Position numbers and translations under genes: made by a program. A stretch of DNA of 46,038 nucleotides from a virus. The notes below the pieces were generated by a model. The model ran no database searches and was not told the DNA's origin. It saw nothing but the letters and a program-made list of their open reading frames with translations. The stretch is taken from the IMG/VR virus record IMGVR_UViG_3300025890_000004, positions 1-46,038 of that record; one strand, 5' to 3'. Shown here one piece after another: positions 18,375-26,455 of this stretch (positions within the stretch are counted from its first letter, which is position 1; each line of letters opens with the position of its first letter).

Positions 18375-20291
18375 TTAGGTTAGGTCTACAATTTCACAGC
18401 TGTCACCAGAACACGCTAGTGTCTGACTTCCTGCTGTAGTGTCTTCGGTTTCGTAAGTGTTCAACAGCCACCAGTCGATTGCTTTGGGCGACAGTCTCTT
18501 CATCTCCACATATTCTTTCCAACTTACCTCTTGATAAGGAGCCTGTTGATATGTGTGTTCGTTGAGTGGCAGGAATGATACCCCTGACATTTCATCGAAG
18601 TGCTCATACACAAAAGCACCCACAGCCATCCATTCATCTTTCTTGACGTTGATGGTCACACTGGGCTTATGCTCACACCAGTGCCTCTGGTACACCAGCC
18701 ACGTCTCCAGCTGGTCGAGAGCAGATACGTCATCATTAGTGACAGCTGACTTAGGTGCTGCCACAGGGAAGCTGAACACTGTTGTCTTCTCTGGGTTGAA
18801 TGCCTCAGGCTCCCAAGGGATACCGGAGTCCTTCATGAACTTAGTCATAGGGTCCATATTGTCCCCACGAACAGTGCGTACATAATACCTAGAATAGCGA
18901 GTGTGGATACCGGATGCAGAGTCAACCAGTTGCGAGACCGTTCCACTAGGCTTAACACAAGTGATTGCAGCAGCCACAGGGATACCAAGACGGCCAGCCC
19001 AATCTTTGTTAGTACTAATAGCGATATCACGAAGATGCGCAAGAGTGCTCTCCAATCCTTTGTTCTTGGTTGTTGTCAGTTTGTTATCCATGATACCTGT
19101 CAGAGACACGCCCAGCAGACGCTCCTCTTCAGTGTTCTTCTGCCATACCTTACGCAAGTACGGGAAGTGTGTGTACGTGGACTGTATGGTCCCTAAGATG
19201 GTTGCCAGACGTACCTTGCGCTCCAAGTCTTCAATGGTATCGGTTGCACGTATGACGACCTCTGTGAGGTTGCAGAACTGGTAAGGACGTAGGATGATCT
19301 CTGAGCAAGGGTTAGTCCCAAAGCTATGGTTAGTATCACGACGACCGTTACGTCCAGCTTGTTTGACCGATGCTTCACGATTGAATATCCCCCTTTCACC
19401 AGAGCCACTCTCCATCAGGTTGAGCCACTCACGCATGAAAGCATTCATGTCAGGCTTGGCTGTATATGCCACACTGTTGTTAGCCAGTGCCCTCTGTGGA
19501 TTGTTGGTCCACCAGTCACCTGACTTAGCTGTTGCCATACGTGTGGAGCTCAAGTTACTCAGGCTGATCATAGCTGACCGGCGTACACCACCGACAACAA
19601 CAATCTCCCCGACCTTACACATGATATCATGACACTCAAGGTCAGTCAGCTTACGTCCAGCAGCACCTTTGAATATCTCAATGGTGAAGTTGAACAGGTC
19701 AACCAAAGGGGCAGGTCCACTAGCACGCCCACCAAAGGTCTTCAGGGGAGCGCCGGCAGGACGAACCTTACTGGTGTCCCACGAAGGGATGTATCCTTCC
19801 CACAGGTCCTGCAGCAGTTGCTTGTAAGCCCTAGCCCAACCTTCTTTGCTGTCTGCAACAACGATCGTACCTGTAGGCTTGAACTCAGCAGGTACAGGTG
19901 GCAGCTTTTCAATCTCATCACGTTCGACACTGAAGCCAACACCAGTCCCACACAACAAGATGAACATAGCCTCATCAAATGACCTTGGGTGGTCAACAGG
20001 AAGATAAGAGCAGTTGTACATGCAGGTGTTGTCACGATTGGCAGCCTTACCAGCAGTCATCAGTGCTCGCATACTGGGCATGATCTCTAGGTTAAGGATG
20101 GCATCGTAAATGGCATACTGAGTTTCGTCGTCCAGTATAGGGCATTTTTCTCCCAGAGGCTTAACTACGTTGTCCATGTAGCGGTCAACAGTCTCAGGTA
20201 AGTTCTCTCGTCGTCCTTTCTCAGGCAGCCATTTGGCATACCTGCTTTTGTGGATGAATGTTTGGTAGTCAGTCGGTAGATGGTTGTTCAT
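18375..20291 (-). CDS. nrdJ: class II (adenosylcobalamin-dependent) ribonucleotide reductase
   Basis: 638 aa single-chain RNR of the type common in marine podoviruses. The N-terminus reads YQTFIHKSRYAKWLPEKGRRE..ETVDRY. An active-site-like NPCSEI is present, and a C-terminal Cys pair lies in ..LACSGDSCEIV. Confidence 0.8.
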   Translation of the reverse strand: MNNHLPTDYQTFIHKSRYAKWLPEKGRRENLPETVDRYMDNVVKPLGEKCPILDDETQYAIYDAILNLEIMPSMRALMTAGKAANRDNTCMYNCSYLPVDHPRSFDEAMFILLCGTGVGFSVERDEIEKLPPVPAEFKPTGTIVVADSKEGWARAYKQLLQDLWEGYIPSWDTSKVRPAGAPLKTFGGRASGPAPLVDLFNFTIEIFKGAAGRKLTDLECHDIMCKVGEIVVVGGVRRSAMISLSNLSSTRMATAKSGDWWTNNPQRALANNSVAYTAKPDMNAFMREWLNLMESGSGERGIFNREASVKQAGRNGRRDTNHSFGTNPCSEIILRPYQFCNLTEVVIRATDTIEDLERKVRLATILGTIQSTYTHFPYLRKVWQKNTEEERLLGVSLTGIMDNKLTTTKNKGLESTLAHLRDIAISTNKDWAGRLGIPVAAAITCVKPSGTVSQLVDSASGIHTRYSRYYVRTVRGDNMDPMTKFMKDSGIPWEPEAFNPEKTTVFSFPVAAPKSAVTNDDVSALDQLETWLVYQRHWCEHKPSVTINVKKDEWMAVGAFVYEHFDEMSGVSFLPLNEHTYQQAPYQEVSWKEYVEMKRLSPKAIDWWLLNTYETEDTTAGSQTLACSGDSCEIVDLT

Positions 20292-20308
20292 TTGCTATCT
20301 TTCTTTGC

Positions 20309-20354
20309 TTATACGGGTTCGCGTATATAAGTGAATTATACGGGTTCGCGTATA
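20309..20354 (-). promoter_or_regulatory. two copies of a 19-bp dyad-symmetric element (TTATACG-GGTTCG-CGTATA) upstream of nrdJ
   Basis: Exact copies lie at 20309-20327 and 20336-20354 (27-bp period). Read on the minus strand, the copy distal to nrdJ runs into TATAAT and the proximal copy into TATAAG. Confidence 0.5.
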
Positions 20355-20374
20355 GTCACTATTGGGTACGTTGT

Positions 20375-20971
20375 TTACCTGTAGTCTCCACTTCCACCAA
20401 TCACACCACGCTCCATACGTGACTGCAATTTAGTTAAGTTGCCTCCAGCTGCATCTTCCAAGTCGATATCCAAGTCAGTTGCTAAGGCTGCCAGATACCA
20501 CAGGACATCCCCCAGCTCTTTGGTCAAGCCCTCTGTGTCCAGTTCTGTACCATCGCGGTAGTGCTTCTTGACCTTGTTCAGCACTTCGCCAACCTCGCCG
20601 GCCAGCCCCATTGCAGGGTACATTACCTTCAGGCTGTCAGAGTAGATAGCTGTCTCAGATGCAGCCAGTTGGTATTCCTCAAATGTAGTCATCTTCATAT
20701 CCTTTTTCTTACTTTCTCGTAGTTCACCTACGTGTTGGTTAAAATACTCTCTTTCCTTGGTTTCATCCCAGTGTCCTTCAGACGCTAGGTTTAGGCCATA
20801 TACGTAGTCGTCATAGTCACCAACATCCAAACCTACTGGGAGCAATATGTACAAAGTCCCCTCATCAGGCTTCACTACTTCAATCCACCAGTCTCGCGAG
20901 TCCTGTACTGAAATCTTCACTTCAGGTCTAGGTTCTGCGATCGTTTTTCCCTTATTAGGTCTCTCAGGCAT
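20375..20971 (-). CDS. mazG: MazG-like nucleoside triphosphate pyrophosphohydrolase with 91-aa N-terminal extension
   Basis: The C-terminal half reads FEEYQ..A..TA.Y...LGLAGEVGEV..K.KK..RDG....L..ELGDVLWYLA.LA..L, the MazG EExxE/D pattern. Internal Met92/Met94 lie at 20698/20692. Confidence 0.75.
   Translation of the reverse strand: MPERPNKGKTIAEPRPEVKISVQDSRDWWIEVVKPDEGTLYILLPVGLDVGDYDDYVYGLNLASEGHWDETKEREYFNQHVGELRESKKKDMKMTTFEEYQLAASETAIYSDSLKVMYPAMGLAGEVGEVLNKVKKHYRDGTELDTEGLTKELGDVLWYLAALATDLDIDLEDAAGGNLTKLQSRMERGVIGGSGDYR
20707..20740. repeat. 34-bp exact direct repeat, copy 1 (inside mazG ORF)
   Basis: TCTTACTTTCTCGTAGTTCACCTACGTGTTGGTT is identical to 20974-21007. The offset is 267 bp (89 codons). 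Confidence 0.95.
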
Positions 20972-20973
20972 AC

Positions 20974-21007
20974 TCTTACTTTCTCGTAGTTCACCTACGT
21001 GTTGGTT
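20974..21007. repeat. 34-bp exact direct repeat, copy 2 (dpdA 3' end + stop + mazG leader)
   Basis: Identical to 20707-20740. It contains the dpdA stop codon (TAG, 20995-20997) and the spacer before the mazG ATG at 20971. Confidence 0.95.
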
Positions 21008-21657
21008 GTATTCGTTAATTGTAGTGGTGTTTGAATTAAGTCAATCCTATTAACCATTTCAAGTGCTGTCATTGGGTGCCTAGAGTGGCTTAAGGCTACG
21101 TTGCAACTGTCGGCAGAAGCGAAAGGCCATCGTCTGCCTTTTACCTTGAGACCCCGCATCATGTGAACCCAGTTCCTATTGTTTGTGCGTTCAAGGGCCT
21201 CCCAAGCCTCATCTGCACGTTTTTGCCATTCCGGGGAGTTCACCTTCCAGTATTGGCCGGATGAACCAAAGGCAATCCTTGGATATTCATCCGACAACTC
21301 CAAAAGCCAGTCGATAGGTAAGTCCATGTGCCAAACGGCACAACTCAGGTGACGTGGGTAAGGCCACTGTCTAAGGTAGACAGACTGTTCATCAACATCA
21401 CCCCCGATTACATCAGGAATTACTGCCCAGTTGGCACCAAACAATTTGTCCTCAAGCCAATCGTAATAGCCGTTTGGGTCAAAGGCCTTTCCTTTTGTGT
21501 AAGCAGAGAAGGCTCCGTTGTCCCACATGATCGACTGAGCGTTACCAATTAGCCAATCTACATCCCTTGGGTGGGCATGTGAGACACAGAAGTTCTTTCC
21601 TGCCAGTGTCATTAACTCACTCTTAGGCGTCAGTGGTGTTCCGTGGTAGTGAAGCAT
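20995..21657 (-). CDS. dpdA: DpdA-family DNA-guanine transglycosylase (7-deazaguanine insertion), putative
   Basis: Motifs appear in the order seen in DpdA/TGT: WDNGAFS (cf. DSGGF), WAVIPDVIGG, IAFGSSG, VHMMRGLK and ASADSCNVALS (cf. SADSxAWS). GGAGG lies 7 nt upstream of ATG 21657. It is adjacent to yhhQ. Confidence 0.65.
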   Translation of the reverse strand: MLHYHGTPLTPKSELMTLAGKNFCVSHAHPRDVDWLIGNAQSIMWDNGAFSAYTKGKAFDPNGYYDWLEDKLFGANWAVIPDVIGGDVDEQSVYLRQWPYPRHLSCAVWHMDLPIDWLLELSDEYPRIAFGSSGQYWKVNSPEWQKRADEAWEALERTNNRNWVHMMRGLKVKGRRWPFASADSCNVALSHSRHPMTALEMVNRIDLIQTPLQLTNTTNT

Positions 21658-22168
21658 TTCTAGTCCTCCAAGTTAAGTACACGGCTACAGCCAGTGTTGC
21701 ATACAACTTCCCAAGCACATTACCAGCAGAGAAGTCTAGTGAACCAAATGCAATGTAGACGAATAACATGCTGTCAACGATTGCTCCAGCAACACCAGAC
21801 AACAGCACAGCAATGTTACGGCCACGCTCCCTCAGCCAAGTGTAGACCGTTGTGTCCAGAAGTTCAGACACAAGGAAAGCCACCGCACTTGCCACTGCAA
21901 TGAATGGGTCAGCAAGAAGGAACGACAGCAAACACCCTGCCACAACGGCAACAACAGACCACCGCCAGTTAGTCATCTCTTGTAGCCAATCGCGTAGGAC
22001 CAGCGCAACACCAATCATAAGCACCCCTGACGGAGCCATCAACCCAAAACCCATAGGGATTAGACAAGGGCCGTTGTCAATACAGACCGTACCTACGTTA
22101 CCTATTAACCAGTTGGCCGTAGGTACTGTTAACATAAATGCCACAAAGACGCATAATTTACTAAGCAT
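21623..22168 (-). CDS. yhhQ: YhhQ/VUT-family queuosine-precursor (preQ0) transporter
   Basis: 181 aa polytopic membrane protein. SGVAGAIVDSMLFVYIAFGS matches the YhhQ/DUF165 signature (..vDs.iF..iaF). It overlaps the dpdA start by 35 nt. Confidence 0.65.
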   Translation of the reverse strand: MLSKLCVFVAFMLTVPTANWLIGNVGTVCIDNGPCLIPMGFGLMAPSGVLMIGVALVLRDWLQEMTNWRWSVVAVVAGCLLSFLLADPFIAVASAVAFLVSELLDTTVYTWLRERGRNIAVLLSGVAGAIVDSMLFVYIAFGSLDFSAGNVLGKLYATLAVAVYLTWRTRNASLPRNTTDA

Positions 22169-22952
22169 ATTCTCTCTCCAATGTTTCCATGCTTACCCAC
22201 TGAGGCTCATACAATCCTGAGCCATCGATGTTACGTTTGACTACAACACCCTTCCACCATTCTCCGTTTGACTGGCCAGCCCAACTCTCATCACCGCCTT
22301 TGTAGCAGCCGACGACAGCACCAATAGCATTAGCTTCATCCTTGAAGTACATGCCCCGCTTGTGGCTGTGGCCTACCGTTGCTGATCTATATCGCTTCTG
22401 TACCAATCCGTAAGCATGGTGCACGCCAGATATAGCGCGACCAAAGTTACCAGCGCCAATATAGTGAGCGTAATCCACCCCATCAATATTGGCAATTGCA
22501 GGAGCCCCGTTATGATACCCGTGATACTCATCAAACCACCTATGAGTATTAAGGTGATCAAAGCTGATGCCATAACGAGTGCCGTGGACCCTAGGATCAT
22601 GAGAGATAGCAGTTTTAATTCGCGTCTCATGGTTCCCCTCGAAGCCGATGAACTTGGGTCTACGTTTCTTTGCCTTATTGAACTCATGTCTAAGTCGCTC
22701 CTGTGAGTCATTGTAGATGTTGATATCAGCCTCATAATTTTGGCTGACGATAGCCTCAGGTTTACGTCCATCGTAGGAGTTCAAGGATGCCATGTCAGCA
22801 CCGTCACCTAGGTCAACCACGTAGTCAGGCTTGATGTCGTATAGGAAGCGCCCCAGCCAACTAAATCGTTCGTTGGACACCTCTGGTTTAGCGTGTCCAC
22901 ATGAGAACACGACTGCTGTTTTATTAGTGGACACTGTTAGTACCCTCCTCAT
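22161..22952 (-). CDS. calcineurin-like metallophosphoesterase
   Basis: Motifs CGHA..., DLGDGAD (GDxxD), GNHE and GHSH occur in canonical order. The likely true start is GTG 22934, with GAGGAGG upstream formed by the ATGAGGAGG at 22952. Confidence 0.7.
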   Translation of the reverse strand: MRRVLTVSTNKTAVVFSCGHAKPEVSNERFSWLGRFLYDIKPDYVVDLGDGADMASLNSYDGRKPEAIVSQNYEADINIYNDSQERLRHEFNKAKKRRPKFIGFEGNHETRIKTAISHDPRVHGTRYGISFDHLNTHRWFDEYHGYHNGAPAIANIDGVDYAHYIGAGNFGRAISGVHHAYGLVQKRYRSATVGHSHKRGMYFKDEANAIGAVVGCYKGGDESWAGQSNGEWWKGVVVKRNIDGSGLYEPQWVSMETLEREYA

Positions 22953-23127
22953 CGCCTAAGATGGCAAGTTTGATTAGTGTTTCTACAATGACATTAGCTG
23001 TACTCTCTGACATTGGTTTAGATAGGTCAAGGTGGTTAACTGTTTGGCCGTTGATGGTCACACGGTAACCTTCCTCGTCTTTGATCATCTCAATCTCTAG
23101 GTCTTCTGCCTTAACAATCTGGGTCAT
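22924..23127 (-). CDS. hypothetical protein (67 aa)
   Basis: ATG 23127 has AGGAG ~10 nt upstream. The longer ORF-track start (23235) would overlap most of the upstream gene. Confidence 0.45.
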   Translation of the reverse strand: MTQIVKAEDLEIEMIKDEEGYRVTINGQTVNHLDLSKPMSESTANVIVETLIKLAILGDEEGTNSVH

Positions 23128-23365
23128 AGTCGTGCCACTCCTGTGCTTCATCAATATCAAACTCTTCATCGTAGTCAAACTCTCCAAACTCAAGGGCTCC
23201 CCAAGTTTTGAACTGTTTGATGTCCGCCAGTGCATCTTCGTAGTTGTCGTAGTACACTCGATCTTCGTAGTAACTACGGGGCTCGTCAGTCATGAGATAC
23301 TTGACCCACACTTCGTTGCCGTCAGAGCATGGGTCACTCATGATCATAAGAACTGTTGTATTCAT
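23111..23365 (-). CDS. highly acidic small protein (84 aa)
   Basis: 24 Asp/Glu against 5 Lys/Arg, and rich in Tyr/Trp/Phe. Its start overlaps the endonuclease stop (ATGA). Confidence 0.55.
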   Translation of the reverse strand: MNTTVLMIMSDPCSDGNEVWVKYLMTDEPRSYYEDRVYYDNYEDALADIKQFKTWGALEFGEFDYDEEFDIDEAQEWHDYDPDC

Positions 23366-23805
23366 TTCTTAGGCCTTTCTTTTATCCATCGCCAAGGGAT
23401 TGTCCCGTCAGCAAACTCAAAGTTATGTTTGTAACACCAGTCAGCATAGGTAGTCTTCGATTTCTTACTTAACTTCTGGCGACTGTTGCTGAACACAAAC
23501 CGTATGTCCAAATCAGGGTGCTGTTCTCGTACCAGTAGATGCTTGGCACGATCTGAAGGAAGGAAGCGTCCCTTAGTTTCTACATATATGCCGTTCGATA
23601 GTCGAAAGTCCGGCGTGTATGTCTTAGGCTTAGGAATGTATGGTATCTTGTGCTTCTCATACTCATACTCGACACCTGCCTTGTCCAACAGCTTGGCATT
23701 GTCCTGTTCGAGACCAGATCGGAAACCTGCCCTCACCGCCCGTTTTCTTACGTAACGTCTCACATCTTGTCTCCAACCGTACGGGGCTTGATAAACTTTT
23801 CCCAC
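23362..23805 (-). CDS. endonuclease I-type Holliday junction resolvase (T7 gp3-like)
   Basis: FRSGLE..NAKLL..AGV.YEYE......Y.P....YTPDF.L.NGIYVETKG.....DR.K..LV matches the T7 endonuclease I catalytic core (E..PDF..ExK). Confidence 0.75.
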   Translation of the reverse strand: MGKVYQAPYGWRQDVRRYVRKRAVRAGFRSGLEQDNAKLLDKAGVEYEYEKHKIPYIPKPKTYTPDFRLSNGIYVETKGRFLPSDRAKHLLVREQHPDLDIRFVFSNSRQKLSKKSKTTYADWCYKHNFEFADGTIPWRWIKERPKK

Positions 23806-23978
23806 TCATCGGGGGTCATATAGTCCCCTAAAACAAAGTACAGGGACGCAATCCGTTGAGCGTTGTTGCCACGGGTCTCATGAAGATCTAATTGGCGCTC
23901 TACGTGATCTAAGTAAGACACAAGTTCCTGCTTTACAAGCTCTGATACTTGGTCCTGATCGATAGTGATTTTAGGCAT
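23760..23978 (-). CDS. hypothetical protein (72 aa)
   Basis: ATG 23978 is preceded by AAGGAGAATGAGG. It overlaps the exonuclease stop. No motif recognised. Confidence 0.45.
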   Translation of the reverse strand: MPKITIDQDQVSELVKQELVSYLDHVERQLDLHETRGNNAQRIASLYFVLGDYMTPDEWEKFIKPRTVGDKM

Positions 23979-24672
23979 CCTCATTCTCCTTTGGAGGTTC
24001 CCACATCTGATCGTCGTAGCGCCGTAGCCACAACAGACGTGCATTCTCAATTAGACAGTCAACATTACCTTTGTAACCGCCTTCACCTAGGCACAACAAA
24101 TAGAGCTCTCGCTCATCAGTCACACCGTCTAACAGCTTCTCAGCCTTCTTGATACCAATGCCCTTAGCACCCTTAATGTTGTCGGCGGTGTCACCTGTCA
24201 ACAGCTGGGTGTAGAAGAACTTGGTGGCAGCCTCTTCAGACTGTTCAACAAGGGTATCATGGTTCCAGTTGTAGTGCGTACAAGGTAACTGCAAGAAGTC
24301 CTTATCAATTGAAGCAACCGTACAGAGGTAGTCAAGCGAGGCAGCCATGATAGATATGTCATCATCAGCCTCTTGATTGTCTGACAGGGCAGCGTTGTAG
24401 TCATTGAGCAGGTAGCGTCTTGCGTCACCCAGATACGTAGGTTTCTCCTTTGATCTATGGCCCTTGTACGGGGCGATGGTTGCAATGTCATTACGGAAGT
24501 TAGTCTTGCCAGTAAGGAACACCTTAGTTTCACCAAGGTTAATCAGGTTGGTGGTCCTTGACTTGATATGGTCGATCATGTCGTCAATCATATCGTGCAG
24601 GTCATCAGGCGTATCTTCACAGCTGTAAGCACACCTGTATGCGATAATGTCTCCATCGATCAGTGTTGTCAT
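23971..24672 (-). CDS. 5'-3' exonuclease / flap endonuclease (T7 gp6-like, PIN + H3TH)
   Basis: LIDGDIIAYRCAY, SIDKDFLQL and LLTGDTADNIKGAKGIGIKKAEKLL match FEN/5'-3' exo motifs. ATG 24672 has AAAGGAGAAAAGG upstream and abuts the previous stop. Confidence 0.8.
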   Translation of the reverse strand: MTTLIDGDIIAYRCAYSCEDTPDDLHDMIDDMIDHIKSRTTNLINLGETKVFLTGKTNFRNDIATIAPYKGHRSKEKPTYLGDARRYLLNDYNAALSDNQEADDDISIMAASLDYLCTVASIDKDFLQLPCTHYNWNHDTLVEQSEEAATKFFYTQLLTGDTADNIKGAKGIGIKKAEKLLDGVTDERELYLLCLGEGGYKGNVDCLIENARLLWLRRYDDQMWEPPKENEDA

Positions 24673-25265
24673 CGTACCTTTTCTCCTTTCATTGCCTTTA
24701 TCATCCACCCAAGGTACACCTGAGCTTTCTCAAGGTCCTGTACTGGCTTACCCTTATAAGCATGACGGTGCAGGTATTTCGTTACGTTGCCTTGGCAGTA
24801 GCCAACGAACTTCTCAGACCCAAGTGCGCTCTCAATGTAGGTGATGCACTCAATCTCTCCGTCCTTTGGCTGGTAGTGGTCAGGTGCGTTCACTGGGTCA
24901 TCTTTGGTTTCAACCTTAAACCAAGAGCGTTCACTCACATCGTCCAAGCCACTGCCCCAGATAGTGCCCTTGACATTACCCTTGACATCTCCTTCGACAC
25001 TGCCGTTGACATCGCCGCCTACATCGCCCCAGACACTGCCATGAACATTGCCATCGACATCGCCACAGACACTGCCCTCGACACTGCCCTCGACACTGCG
25101 CTTGACATCGCCATGGACATTGCCCTTGACATCGCCCCAGACATCGCCATGAACATTGCCATCGACATGGCCGATATTGATGCCCCCAACATCAAACTTA
25201 CCGTCCTCACGGAAGTCGATAATTTCCTCAAGCAATTTCTGCTGCTCTTTTGTAAACTTAGTCAT
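24669..25265 (-). CDS. DUF3310-like protein with N-terminal x-G-[DNS]-V tetrapeptide repeat array
   Basis: The C-terminus PDHYQP..GEIECITYIE......F..GNVTKYLHRHAYKG...QDLEKAQVYLGWMI matches the DUF3310 pattern. About 20 consecutive 4-aa units are encoded in 24951-25187. The start could be ATG 25265 or 25307. Confidence 0.6.
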   Translation of the reverse strand: MTKFTKEQQKLLEEIIDFREDGKFDVGGINIGHVDGNVHGDVWGDVKGNVHGDVKRSVEGSVEGSVCGDVDGNVHGSVWGDVGGDVNGSVEGDVKGNVKGTIWGSGLDDVSERSWFKVETKDDPVNAPDHYQPKDGEIECITYIESALGSEKFVGYCQGNVTKYLHRHAYKGKPVQDLEKAQVYLGWMIKAMKGEKVR

Positions 25266-25378
25266 GCTGCTTCTTCTTTCTGTTGTACTTCGTTTTGTCA
25301 ACAACAACCTTAGGCTGCAGGTGACTGCTCCTGAGAGCCTTAGCTATCGGGTTTGGCTTAACCGTACTCTTCCTTTTG

Positions 25379-25750
25379 TTATCGTGAAACCTTGTTCCCT
25401 TCATTGTAGTCTTCTCCTATCTCTAGCCAGAGATGCCCATACAGCTGGCTCATGTAGCTGTCAACATCACAAGCGAAGTCGTGTACAGGCAGTCCCTCAT
25501 ACTCATCTGATGCAAACACATTAACAAAATCATTCCACTCAGTCATATCAGCTGTTACGTACTCATCACACCAACGTATTCTAGTGATCATGAACTCATC
25601 ATAATATTCTGGATAACGCTTGATGCTGTTGAAGTCGTCACGGATAAATGTTGAGTAGATGAACTTACCTACCTGACGTATGTCATCCATGAACTCTGAA
25701 TGGTCAACAGCTGTTGTCCAATCGTACAGTTTGGTGTCAACCCCTTGCAT
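25379..25750 (-). CDS. hypothetical protein (123 aa)
   Basis: ATG 25750 is preceded by TAAGGAGAAAAAAG. Acidic and aromatic-rich, with no motif. Confidence 0.5.
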   Translation of the reverse strand: MQGVDTKLYDWTTAVDHSEFMDDIRQVGKFIYSTFIRDDFNSIKRYPEYYDEFMITRIRWCDEYVTADMTEWNDFVNVFASDEYEGLPVHDFACDVDSYMSQLYGHLWLEIGEDYNEGNKVSR

Positions 25751-25901
25751 CTTTTTTCTCCTTAGCGGCGTCAATTGCTTCGAAGAGTGCAATCAAGGCA
25801 TCCCCCACGATGTCAAGCGAATGACCTTGCTTCATGGTAATGTAAGACAGCACACAAGCCCAGACGGTCAATGCACCTACAGCGATTTCAATTGTATTCA
25901 T
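25737..25901 (-). CDS. small membrane protein (54 aa), absent from the ORF track
   Basis: ATG 25901 has AGGAG upstream (cAGGAGactgctATG). The product is MNTIEIAVGALTVWACVLSYITMKQGHSLDIVGDALIALFEAIDAAKEKKDARG. Its stop TGA overlaps the start region of the next gene. Confidence 0.45.
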   Translation of the reverse strand: MNTIEIAVGALTVWACVLSYITMKQGHSLDIVGDALIALFEAIDAAKEKKDARG

Positions 25902-25945
25902 AGCAGTCTCCTGAGGCAGTTTAATGACTTGCCTAGGTCAGTTGG

Positions 25946-26455
25946 TTAACCTACAAGGGATACGGGCTCAGGGTTTTCATACTCGACGTGCTCAAGAATA
26001 GCGATCTCAATCAACCGCAGACCCTTGGTGCCCCCCTTACCTCGCCAGAACTGGATGTTGGCGATAACCTTACTGCCGTTACCAATCTCACCTTGCTCTT
26101 CAAAGTCCCACAGTTTCTTCGAAGGACCATCAGTGAAGTCGTACACAGGTGGTGGACCACCGTAAACATCAACACCATCCTTATTCTTAAATGGTCCTTT
26201 GTTAGGACGTTTCAGCTTCATGTACTCCCCAAACTCATACTCTCCGTTACCTTCACGGAAGGTAGGGTGTCCAAGAACAGCGGCAGGGAAGCCGTCCTGT
26301 TCGATAAGTACATCCTTGAAACCTTCGTCCTCTGGGTAGAAGTTGCAGGTAAATGCTCCACCAGATTTCTCCATGTGTTTCTCGTACGTATCCATGCTCT
26401 CAGCAAAGATTTTTGCGTACTCAATAGTGCCTTTGATTTGATATGTCTTAGCCAT
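25946..26455 (-). CDS. ssDNA-binding protein candidate
   Basis: 169 aa ORF directly downstream of the DNA polymerase. The N-terminus YQIKGTIEYAKIFAES resembles phage OB-fold SSBs of the DUF2815 type. This rests on position and weak pattern only. Confidence 0.35.
   Translation of the reverse strand: MAKTYQIKGTIEYAKIFAESMDTYEKHMEKSGGAFTCNFYPEDEGFKDVLIEQDGFPAAVLGHPTFREGNGEYEFGEYMKLKRPNKGPFKNKDGVDVYGGPPPVYDFTDGPSKKLWDFEEQGEIGNGSKVIANIQFWRGKGGTKGLRLIEIAILEHVEYENPEPVSLVG

Noticed and set aside
24663-25313. 216-aa + strand ORF with DIA(L/M/P)D repeats.
   Set aside because: It is the mirror image of the 12-nt periodic repeat in the minus-strand gene. It lies in a block where every supported gene is on the minus strand.
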